A program made the translations under genes and the position numbers. From Ranitomeya imitator (Eukaryota), in NCBI RefSeq assembly GCF_032444005.1, contig NC_091282.1, forward strand, positions 735,816,001 to 735,880,000: a DNA stretch of 64,000 nt, in the 5' to 3' direction. Below are positions 28,261-40,039 of this stretch, one piece after another (the first letter of the stretch is position 1; every line of letters starts with the position of its first letter). Below the pieces are notes generated by a model, which saw only the letters and a list, made by a program, of their open reading frames with translations, was not told where the DNA came from and did no database searches.

Positions 28261-28336
28261 AGATGGGCTGACTCCTGGATGTTCAGTTTCGGCTGAACAA
28301 TTAAGAAAAATAAAGTCCGGGTTCGAGTACCAGAAC

Positions 28337-29515
28337 CAGGGCCAGCTTCAGGTTTTTGAGGGCCCTGCTCGAAAGAGTCTCAGTGGGGCCCCCTTTAACA
28401 CATACTATGATTCATAATGCACAGATACAGCAGAGAAATATAGGTATAGTACAATGCCAGATTTCACTTCTTATATGAGTGATAGCTATTGTAAATTCTA
28501 CAATACCACACAGCAGAGGGGATTTATATAAGTCAACCCCTTATATTCCAATTTTTGCAACCTACTCCCTCTTCCTCAGTTACCAGTAGACATACATTGA
28601 ATATGAAAATTTTTTAATGGAAAACTTTTTAAAGTAAACTTTAAAAAGTATTAACGTAGAAAATTTGTAAAATTGCAAAATGGGTAGCATATAGCACAGC
28701 TACGTAGTATATAGCACAGCCCACGTAGTATATATCACAGCCCACGTAGTATATATCACAGCCCACGTAGTATATAGCACAGCCCACATAGTATATAACA
28801 AAGCCCACGTAGTATATGGCACAGCCCACGTAGTATATCGCACAGCCCACGTAGTATATTGCATAGCCCGCATAGTATATAACACAGCCACGTTTTATAT
28901 AACAGCCTACGTAGCATATAACAGCCCACGTAGTATATGACACAGCCCACGTAGCATATAGCACAGCCATGTAGTCTATAGTACAGCCCGCACCTCAACC
29001 CTCCCCCCCCCCCCCCCCACCCGGAGAATAGCCCTACAGTCCAGTACTCACTGTTATGGTAAAACATAAAAAAACACTCCACCTCTCCTCATGCCAGCGC
29101 CACCCTGCTCCTGTCTCAGCGGCTGCACTGCCTGGCACACAGTGAGTGCGCAATGACGTCATCGCGCACCCGCAGTAACAGAGGCAGAGTGAGTAATGAT
29201 AGGAGAGGGAGAATCAGCTGATGTTCTCTCCTCCATCATTGCTTTGAACTGTACCGGCAGACACCAGTATAGTTCAATGCGGCGGGGGAGTTGGCGCTGG
29301 CAGCAGGCAGGCCCCCCTACCTCACAGGGGCCCCATAGCGGTTTCATGACGTGCTGCTAGCTGACTGCCCCTGGGGGAGCAGGTGCCCTAGGCAGCTGCC
29401 GGCCCTGCCTGTAGGGGCCCCCTGGAGCCTCAGTGTATTATACTGTGAATGGGCCCCCCGTCTCGCCAGGGCCCCGGCACTTGCCTGGGTGCACCAGGTG
29501 CTGATGTCGGCCCGG
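28337..29515. mobile_element. Non-autonomous hAT element inserted into another MITE
   Basis: 8-bp TSD ACCAGAAC at 28329-28336 and 29516-29523. Imperfect TIRs CAGGGCCAGC / GTCGGCCCGG. Confidence 0.75.
28690..28985. repeat. 21-bp minisatellite (cacagcccacgtagtatatag)n
   Basis: About 14 tandem units. Closely related unit to 2940-3085. Confidence 0.9.
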
Positions 29516-30449
29516 ACCAGAACAGTACCTGGACCAAACCCGGGCCCCATTCACTTGAATGGGGGGCCCGAACATCCAGTGTTTGCCATGCTGTCATGTG
29601 CATGACAGCGCAGCAAACACTGCTTCTGATTGGCAGTAAAATCATTACCGTCGGTCAGACAGCCGCGGTTACCACACTGTCAAATATCAGCGTGAGCCCC
29701 TGCAGCTGTGATCGGACGTAAAAAGTTTACCTCCGGTCACTGGCATCAGCTGATGGGACCACTGCTCCCAACAGCCAACACCTGCTGCCGCTAATAACAG
29801 TGAGAGCAGGCGGCGGCTGATAAATACTCCTAAGTAAATGATTAATTGTATTGGTGATCATAGATGTTGTAGGGAGTTACATCCTTATGGCACGTGGTGG
29901 GACCAGTTAGACATTACTTATGTTACTTTGACGTCTACCTGCCAATCATCTGAATAACTGTTGTCTGTATTTCCATTGTATTCATAGCTTTGTCGCCTGG
30001 TGTGAATATGCTCGTCACACTGTCCTTTTCTGTAAAAAAAGAATGTCACTGGATTTTTTTTCATTAAAATGCACTACCTCCTCCAATTGCCGCTGGTCCA
30101 CTGATTCTGGAATAGTTTTTCTTTCTATGCCCCTCCGCTCCATAGTTATGTGTATGGTAATAAGGAAGTAAATGTTCCCTTCAACCTACTGGGTGTAAGC
30201 CACAGAACTTCAGTCCTAGAGGAGAAAAAGCAAAACGCAATGTGTTATACATTCAGTCAGATGAAGGGAGAATGTTTTTCTTTATTCCTGGGGAGCGTAA
30301 CGGAGGGCGCTAAAAAAATAATTGTGCTACAATCAGTGGAGCAGCAGCAATTGGAGGAGGTCCAGTGAAAGGTCCATTTTATTATATTTTTCTATTTTTT
30401 TTTTTATAATTAGATATATACACTTTTTTAGAAGTATACATTTTATATA

Positions 30450-32600
30450 TTGTATAGTGCCATTTATTCCATGGCACTTTACATGTGAGGAGGGGTATAA
30501 ATAATAAAAAACAAGTCCAGTAATCTTAAACAATACAAGTCACAACTAATACAGGAGGGGGGACCCTGCCTCTGAGGGCTCACAATCTACAAGGGATGGG
30601 TGAGGATACACTAGGCGAGGGTAGAGCTGGTCGTGCAAAAGTTTTGTGGTTACTGTAGGTTGTATGCTTGTCGGGAAAGGTAGGTCTTCAGGTTCCTTTT
30701 GAAGGTTTCCATGGTAGGCGAGGGTGATATGTTGTGGCAGAGCGTTCCAGAGTAGGGGGATGCGCGGGAGAAATCTTGTATGTGATTGTGGGAAGAGTAG
30801 AGAAGGAGCTTTTGTGATAATCGGAGGTTGCGTGAAGGTAAGTACTGGAAGACTAGGTCACAGATGTATGCCATGGTTAGGGTTTTGAATCTGAGTCTCT
30901 GGGTAATGGGGAGCCAGTGCTGGGATTGACAGAGGGGAGAGGCCGGGGAATAGCGGGGGGACAGGTGGGCAGCAGAGTTTAGAATAGATTGGAGGAGTGC
31001 AAGAGTGTTCGAGGGGAGGCCACAGAGCAGGAGGGTGCAGTAGTCAAAGCGGGAGATGATGAGGGCATGGACTAGGGTTTTTGCAGATTCTTGGTTTAGG
31101 AATGTATGGATCCGTGAAATATTTTTGAGTTGAAGTTGGCAAGAAGTGGAAAGGGCTTGGATATGTGGTTTGAAGGAGAGATCAGAGTCAAGGATTACCC
31201 CAAGGCAGTGAGTTTGTGGGACTGGGGAGAGTGACCAACCTTTTACTTTAATGGATAGGTACGTTGGGGGGGGGGGGGGGTAAAGTGAGATGGGGCAAAG
31301 ATGATGAATTCTGTTTTGTCCATATTAAGTTTTAGAAATCTAGCACAGAAGAAGGATGAAATAGCGGACAGACATTGTGGGATTCTGGTTAGTGGGGTGG
31401 TAATATCTGGTCCAGAGATGTAGATCTGTGTGTCATAAGAAAAGAGGTGATGCTGCAAGCCATGAGATTCTATGAGCTGTCCCAGACCAAAGGTGTAAAT
31501 GGAGAAGAGCAGGGGCCCTAGGACTGAACCTTGTGGGACTCCGAGAGATATGGGGCGTGGTGAGGAGGTGGTGTGGGAGTTGCTGAATGCCCGGTCTGTT
31601 AGGTATGATGAAATTCAAGATAGGGCCAAGTCTGTGATGTCAGGAGATGAGAGGGTCTGTAGTAATAAGGAATGGTCCACTGTGTCAAAGGCAGAGGACA
31701 GTTCCAGGAGGAGGAGGACAGAGTAGTGTCACTTGACTTTGGCGGTTAGGTGATTGGTGACTTCAGTTAAGACAGTTTTAGTGGAGTGATGCGCGCGGAA
31801 GCCAGATTGTAAGCGGTCGAAGAGGGAGCAGGAAGACAGTTCAAAATGGACGTGTTGTTCCAGTAATTTTGAGGCATAGGGGAGAAGTGATATAGGGCGG
31901 TAGCTAGATACAGAGGATGGGTCAAGAGAGGGCTTTTTGAGGAGGGGTGAGATTGAGGAATGTCTTTGAAGCATGAGGGGAACCACCAGTTGTTAGTGAC
32001 AGGTTGAAGGTTAGGGTTGACAGGTTAGGGTTGGGATGAAGACTGTGATGAGGTTTGAGATGAAGTGGGATGGGATCGGGTCAAGTGCACAGGTGGTTAG
32101 ATGTTATTTTGAGAGTAGAGTGGAGTGGAAAGACGATCTTCTGTAATGGTAGAGAAGTTGGTTTTGGAGGAGGAGGGCTGAACATTTACGAGGAGGAGGG
32201 GCTCTGGGGGTTGTAGGCCAAAGCTTTCTCTCATGTTCTCAATCTTCTGCTTGAAAAATGAGGCAAAGTCTTCAGCTGAGATGTGTAGAGGGAGGAGGTG
32301 CTGGGGGACCGAGAAGAGAATTGAAAGTGTTAAATAGATGTTTAGTGTTGTGAGACAGGGAGGGTATGAGAGATGAGAAGTAGGTTTCTTTTGCTGCAGT
32401 GAGTGTGGACTTGAAAGTAGTGAGGGACTGTTTGAATGCGATAAAGTGCTCGTTGGAGTGGGATCTATTCTGTCTCCGCTCAGCAACCCTAGAAGCCCGG
32501 CTCAGTTTTTTGGTCAGTCTGGTGTGCCAGTGGTGTCTGTTGATTTTGCGATATATATAAAACTTTCTTCTCACCCCCAATGTGAGTGGTCTTTTTTTTG
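30450..32600 (-). mobile_element. Degenerate 5'-truncated L2 LINE
   Basis: Minus-strand fragments [31 protein letters not shown] and [12 protein letters not shown]2 3' tail near 30450-30600. Confidence 0.9.
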
Positions 32601-33958
32601 TCCTTTCTCATTTTCGGGTTCTCAACCTGAGGACTGGAAGTTTGAGGTTTCTGGGCAGGATCTTCGTTGTTCCCAGCATTGCGCTTTTCTAGACAGCGAA
32701 TTCAGATATTGCACCTGGGATCTGTTGTAGCCATTTTCCCAATATATTATTATTATATTACTTGCCTGTTTTTTTTATCCGTCATATTTGCCAACAGTGG
32801 CATCTATGCATATAGTTTACATCACGTGCTGTCCAAATAACACTGGAGGTGTTACTCTGCAATACCCTTCCATTGCAATCTTATTCCTATCCATTTGTCT
32901 GTAGGTTTCTGCATAGGTTCCTTGTAGTTTTCCAGAAATAGAAGAGTCCATGGTCAGCATGTCCTTGCCCTTTATATCTTTAGTTGCTGGCACAGGAATT
33001 CTGAGTAATGATTTATTACACTATTCAAAACGGCATTCTTGCATACCTATATTTTCATATTAGCGTGCTTACGTGTGTCCTCAAGCAGCTGGAGGTGACC
33101 AGACTCGTGGCTCCGAGCCCTTGTGTTATGAAGGGACATTCATCCCTATACAGCCAGATGCAGGTTTCTCTCTTCTTTCCCCAGTACTCATAGTGGTGAC
33201 ATTTATCCTTCCACACTGCGGAGACTCTGCACAAACTATTTTACTCATCTGAATGCCGCTCTGCATGGATTTCTGCAAACAGCATTCAGATGAATGTGAC
33301 ATTAAAAAATACATAAAATAATTTTGTAACATTTATTTGAAATGTCTTCCTTTATAAATGTTGACTTATGCAGGTAATATTACATGCAAACCAATCAAAT
33401 AATCCAGGATCCCCTCTATGAAGCGCATAAGCCTGAAAATGTCTTGTTGTGGTTTAAAGCTAAAGCTGTGCCAATTTTTCATATTGCAATTGAGTAATTT
33501 ATTTTTTCTTTTATTATTCTAAGTAATTTTTCCTACAGAAGAAGTAAAAATAAAAAACCCTACAACTTTATGCTACTACTTCTTGTATATTTTATGATGA
33601 ATACTTTTAATCATTTATAAAATAGGAAGAAAAAAAAAACTCATTGTAAGCGATCCGCTTGGGACATTAAGCTCTTCTTTACACAGTAGTAAATCACCAA
33701 TATAGCTGGTCCCATAGGAAAACATATGCTGCAATGTTGCCGATCAGCCACTAGAGATGTTAGATACACATGATGGCTCTGGCATGATTAGGAATGTGAC
33801 ATAAAACCAAAAGGAGGTGGGGAGCAAAAAGTTATATTAGGCTGCATTCACACGGCTGCATTTCATGATCTGTGATTTCCAGACTCTGTGCGAGTTTGTG
33901 TAGGGATTGGGATTTCCAGACCATTATATCACTTTCTAATTCAGAGCTGTGTAGTTAA

Positions 33959-34516
33959 AGGGAACCTGTCACCCCGAAAATCGTGGGTGAGGTAAGCCCA
34001 CCGGCATCAGGGGCTTATCTACAGCATTCTGTAATGCTGTAGATAAGCCCCCGATGTTACCTGAAAGAGGAGAAAAAGACGTTAGATTATACTCGCCCAG
34101 GGGCGGTCCCGCTGCTGGTCCGGTCGGATGGGTGTCTCTGGTCCGCTGCGGTGCCTCCCATCTTCATTCCAAGACGTCCTCTTCTGATCTTCAGCTCCGG
34201 CGCAGGCGTACTGCGCCGGAAAGGTCAGAGAGGCCCGGCGCCTGCGCACTGCAGTACTTTGCTCTGCCCTTCAGCCGTGGCTGAAGATCAGAAGAGGACG
34301 TCTTGGAATGAAGATGGGAGGCGCCGCAGCGGACCAGAGACACCCATCCGACCGGACCAGCAGCGGGACCGCCCCTGGGTGAGTATAATCTAACGTCTTT
34401 TTCTCCTCTTTTAGGTAACATCGGGGGCTTATCTACAGCATTACTGAATGCTGTAGATAAGCCCCTGATGCCGGTGGGCTTACCTCACCCGCGATTTTTG
34501 GGGTGACAGGTTCCCT
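33959..34516. mobile_element. Intact T2/Kolobok-type foldback MITE
   Basis: TTAA TSD (33955-58, 34517-20), AGGGAACCTGTCA termini, and arms that are near-perfect inverted repeats of ~230 bp. Confidence 0.9.
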
Positions 34517-34589
34517 TTAAGCCAAACCACCGACTCCTCAATTTCCCTGACTTTCGACTCCACGACTCCCGACTGCCCAGTACTGCCTC

Positions 34590-34890
34590 TCTACTGAGCA
34601 TTTACATAAAGTGCAGTACAGATTCATCTCATCTACAACTCCACAGCACTGGTCACTACTGAGCATGTACATAAAGTGCTGAACAGATTCATCTCAACTC
34701 TGACCCCACAGCATTGGTCACTACTGAGCATGTACATAAAACGCAGCACAGATTCATCTCATCTACAACTTCACAGCACTGGTCACTATGGAGCATGTAC
34801 ATAAAGCGCAGCACAGATTCATCTCAACTCTGACTCTACAGCACTGGTCACTACTTAGCAATTACATAAAAAGTGCAGCACAGATTCATT
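34590..34890. repeat. ~65-bp tandem repeat, about 5 copies with alternating variants
   Basis: gattcat anchor at 34621, 34686, 34751, 34816 and 34883. Confidence 0.85.
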
Positions 34891-36979
34891 AAATCAGGAA
34901 CAGAGCAGATATTTATAGAACATTTCATGACTTTCCCAAATTCTAATGAAAACATTAACAGCACGTCCTGCATTGTACTACTGTACACAATTTATTATAT
35001 ATTTTAGGAGTCAGGCCATTTTATACTGACTCCACCAGAATGGACACGGACTTCCACTCCAGAGCCCTGCTTCCTATACATTGTATCTAGATTAGAATTT
35101 CTTCCTCTGCAAAGAAAGAATCCACAAATCTCTGCCCATCCAAACACTGAAATATTCCCATCTTCGCAGCCTTTGGATATGTCATAAACATGCACTAAGT
35201 ATGGGCCCTGCATCTATACAACAACGGGTCACTGATGTCCTCCACTGTCAGTGGTGAGGGGGTCCCCATAAATTCATATCAGAAATCCAACCACCTCTGC
35301 CATGAATGGGGTCCTGTTCTTGACTTGTATCTACTGTGCATTCATGGCTTTTTCTATGGAATATCCCTATACAAAAGGAGTAATATTTGTATCTCTGGTA
35401 CCAATGTGCTGGAAGTGTTTAATATCTATATGTGCAGTATAGGCAATGACCACCCAGGATCTTGGATATTCAATATACTGTAGTAACCGGTGTGTATATA
35501 TGTATTTTTCAGTTTCTGATTCCCTCTAGATAAAAAATTAGGTTGGAAATCTCCTGTTTTGCTAAGTGACGGTAATATGGACTGCAATGAACAGTACGAG
35601 GGTATGAAGACTTTATCATCTTGCTTGGAGTTTTGCTGGCTGACATAGTGAACTGCTAATTTACAGCTTGTTAAAAGCCCTCCTGGAGTGAAGAAGGCCC
35701 CCACTGAATGTTCTCCCATCTCAGTGTCAAGTCCACGTGACTGCTGCCTTAGTCATGGTTCTATTTGTGGAGTCGGCTGCAGTGGCCACGGTGTAATCCA
35801 TACTGGTCCTGCAGAGAAAGCTCTTAACGGGAATTCAGCAGACTGCGCGGTGCTTGCTGCGCACCTACCGTAGGAACGTGAAAATGCAGCACCTACTGGA
35901 GGTTCTGCAGGGCATGATGGATTCCTTGTATCTAGCAGTGCTGACCATGGAGTCTAGGCTAGGCCTAGCACAGTGTGCAGGGTGGGAGAGGAGGGACAGC
36001 TGCTGGGGGGAATATGGGAATATGACAAATGTGGAGTCAGGTGTTCCATTCGTGGGGAATGCATTTAAACGCTCCATTTCCAGAACTCCTACCAACGGAA
36101 GCTTTTCACTGCTAAAGGAATGTTTCCTGCCAGTGATATCATGGTTACCAGAAATAATCATTAACCTTTCATTACTAAAATGGAAAGCTAATGAATTCCG
36201 GAATGATTTAGGGAGAAAACCCTTCCCTACAATGTATTATGTGGGATAAAGTGATTAGGACAAGATGCACTTCAGTGTATTCTTCTAGGCTCAGGAGATT
36301 CACTTACTGAGCACTCCCTGGTACGTGGACTTCAGTCCATCAGGCGGAGATCCATGGATCCAAATTAAACTTCATTTAGTTGGAGACGACATTGATAAGA
36401 TTGGCGTTTTCCAGGTTGTTTATGGGGAAGGGGAATATACCACATAAGAGACGGACCATAGAGAAGATACTGGGTAGGAGACCGATGCATCCTGAGGAAG
36501 CTTTAATGTCGAGAAGTAAAATAGCTCTGACTGTAAGCGAGGTCCTGGACAATCCCTTTAAGAGTGGCCACAATAGTGTAATTATTTGCTCCCTTCCTTC
36601 ACGGGTAGTCCACTTCTTTTACTTTTGGTGACCTGTTCTTGGGATAGTCCCCTACACTGTCACGTTGCTACTGTGAATCAGCTCCTATTCTCTTCAATAG
36701 GAGCTGATCTGCAGCATTCAGCAGAGTCCTCTAAACAGTATACGGAGCGTTGATGCTCTGCTCCATACACTGTTTACATCTGGCTGCTGTTGGAGCTGAT
36801 CGTGGGTGGGACAGGTGTCGGACCCCCACCAATCTTATGTCGATGACCTATCCCAAGTATGGGTCATCAGTATATAAGGAGTGGAAAACCCCTTTAAACT
36901 GTATCTGTTATCAGATTTCACCAGAGTGCATACATTTACTAAATGGATCTCGTAGATCTGATGAGACTGGTGTACTTAC

Positions 36980-38024
36980 TTTAACAATTATCAGAATGGC
37001 TGGTATAATCCTTTGGCAAAATTTTCCCTTCCCAGTTGTAAAACAAATTATGAGTCCAGCTGCATATTAGTATGACATACAGCCATTCCTGCATGGATTC
37101 CCAAAGCAAGTACTCCTGCCTCATCAGGACTGAGACCTTATTAATATTGCATGCAGTGTGTATTTTGATATCTAGGAACAGATCCACTTTAAACTGACTG
37201 TAATACGACTGCATTTTGACGTTGGCAGCATAGCCATTATTCACACCACCCCTGAAGTTTCAATGTACCAAACCTGGATTAATCTTGTATTCTATCCTAA
37301 CAAATGCTCCTGTGTTATAATGGGTAATCATGTTATATGGGTTAGGTCCCCCAAACCAGTGGGGTGCTCACCAGTAATGAGGAGAAGGGGTATCAAGTCT
37401 TCTGTGTTAAAGGAGAACTCCCTGGAAATTTCTGTAAACTTGTCTAAATGTGTATATAAGGTGATTGAAATAATAAACTCCCCATCACCGTCACCTCTGG
37501 TTTCCAGCTCTGCTCCTGACCTCTTCTTAGTCACACTGGGCTTTCTGTGTGAACCGGAATTGTCTCTTATAATGTAAGTCTATGAACGGTGAGAACGAGG
37601 CTCTATAGACGGACATTGGATCAGAGACTTCCCCTTCAGACATAACCCCAATGTGAATTTAATGAGTCAAGAGGTCTGTGTTTTCTTGATTGGTGGGGAT
37701 ATTAGTGATTATATGGTTAGCCACAGGATAGATGATACATTGTGATTTCATGCCAACCCCTTTAAGAAGGACCTGTCACCTCCTGGGAAACTTAATGAAG
37801 TAAAAGGTGACCAAAATATAAAACTCATTTCAAATGTATATAATAAGGAAAACTGAAAAAAATATTTATAATTTAGTGATAACTCTAATGCTTTTAGAAA
37901 GGGAGACTGAAGTTGGACTCACTGCTGTCGAACTATTTTGACAGCTTTTTGAGTCTCCTTTGTGACAAAACACTCTGGGATCGCCTTTGCTGGGGTCAAA
38001 GGACACGTGGTTTGTGCATTGAAT
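36980..38024 (-). CDS. Tentative three-exon chain of an unidentified, possibly membrane, protein (38024-37923, 37579-37372, 37059-36980)
   Basis: AG acceptors; GTGAGT, GTGAGC and GTAAGT donors; compatible phases 0-0, 0-1, 1-0. The joined frame is open and contains hydrophobic LIPLLLITAGLIICFT. No family recognised. Confidence 0.3.
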
Positions 38025-39049
38025 CTGAGGCGTACAGCAGGTTTCTGAGCAGGCTGACCTCAGGTCAGATTTATTAACGTGAAAGCAACACAAAAAACAA
38101 AACATAAAAATAAACCCTAGCCTGTCCGGCACTAACTAAACAAATACGTTGCTATCTCAACAACTGGGGGGGCTTCTCCCACCCAGCTAACATCATACAG
38201 ATCTTGAGCAGAGCTCTTCACTCACGTTTGTCTCACACAGGCAGGCAATCTGTGTGCCCCAGGCAGACACTGGAAACACCCAGCTGGTCATCTTTTATTC
38301 CTGCAATCATTAACCCATTAGCACCCTGAAGATACTGAGTGGCCTAATTCACATAGGACAAACACCTGGGTGAGATATACCTGCCTCCATCTACCACACC
38401 AGCATGAGTCTTACACCTTGCTTGTGAACTGTGAGATACCTCTGTGACTTACAGGAGTATTCCCATCACCAAGATCCTACCCCAATATGTAGTAGATGCA
38501 ATAATAATATTAGCAAATACCTTCAAATAGAAATGTAGTATAGTTTTTTGATCCACTAAGTCTCTTTCCTCATGTGCAGGCGTTGGGTATACATGGTTAC
38601 GACCACTGATATAGCGACAGGTGTTAGTGGATATAACCATGGATACCTAAGGTCCTGCAATACCTGCACATGAAGAAAGAGGTATAGGGAATCGGAAAAA
38701 CTATACTAAATTTCTAATTGTGCCAAAAGGAGAGCAATTCAGAGCAATGATTTATAAAACAAACTTTAATTGTCATAAATAATACAAAAACATATATCAA
38801 AATATTACACTATCTAATGACTAGAGCACAGGATGAATGTCCCAGGAATGCTGGAAAAGCGCCCATCCCCCCGCTCCCCCAGATGTAAATACCCTTGTAA
38901 TGGTATGCATAAGAAAAAGCACCTACACTATCCAACCAAAGTCACCCCAAAGCAGTGGGACTCTATAGTAATGCCATTAAGTATGGTGGTGGAAAAAGGG
39001 TGCTAGCACTTACCACTACACAGAGGTAGGGGGGGCGGTCAGGCGATGG

Positions 39050-39096
39050 TCCCCAACGCACGTTTCGTGGCCACCAGTGCCACTTCCTCAGGGGGA
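39050..39096 (-). ncRNA. Type-I hammerhead ribozyme (pLTR copy 1)
   Basis: Reverse complement of 43213-43259. Confidence 0.8.
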
Positions 39097-40039
39097 TAAC
39101 CATGTACTGCCTAACGGGACCTTAAAATAGCCCTTGGCCCCGGTCACATGGTACACAGCAGCCAATCACAGTGGCGCCATCGGCACATGTGCATTGTGTC
39201 CGGCAAGTCCCAGCAGTGGAAATCAGCGTCAGACCAGGTGCGCACGCCCAGGACAAAGAAAAAAAAAAAAAAAGGTCCGGAGCGCACACACCGAGCCCTA
39301 AGACGCCGGTCCACACAGGGACAGGACGAATCACAGCGCAATGCGCACGGCCACTGGTGAGGGAAAATACTAAAAGTGCACAATATAAGTATAAAAGCTA
39401 CTCCCTCCACATCCACTACTCATAGCTGCTACCAATACAGGACAATTGGGGACCCATCAAAAATACAGCTCACAATAAAAACCGGTAAATGAACAAGTAT
39501 ACAAAGTGGAACTAAACCGTTTTCTATACATCGGCATCACATTATAGTGGAAAAAGTGCATCGCTTCAGTTTAACAGTCTTCATAGTAAGAATATTTGTC
39601 CCATTCTCTCTGAAGCAGATGTCTTGATGAGTCCACTTTGCCCCGGTTTGGATGGTATCCACGCTGGTTACTTAAATGGAGCCAAGGACATATTCAAAAG
39701 GCATACCTTAAGGCCACGGATCAATTATTATCACTAATAATGTAAATAAACCAGAGGTTAAAATCACAAACACAAACATAAAAACAAATGCTAAAACCAA
39801 AAAATCCCGAACCATACAGGGGTTAAGGACGCCCAGGGCTGGAAGGGTCATATATTTAAATACAAAAGGAGGCAGAGGATGACACCTTGGCACACACACA
39901 AATAAGCAATAAATAATAAGGAGTACAAAGGGTACCAGGGATTCCCAGCCAGTCTCCCATGCTGGTCCCTGCCTAGCCTAAAGCTGCTTAGCATTCTGAC
40001 GAGGGCAGGCACATTCTGCTTAGTGTGGCCGTTAAGTAC

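Noticed and set aside
28641-29082. YYVGCAI-repeat ORFs
   Set aside because: They are translations of the 21-bp minisatellite.
35815-36249. GC-richer 131-aa + strand ORF (RKLLTGIQQTARCLLRTYRRNVKMQHLLEVLQ...)
   Set aside because: It has a plausible acceptor, but no convincing donor, no recognisable family and no linkable exon.
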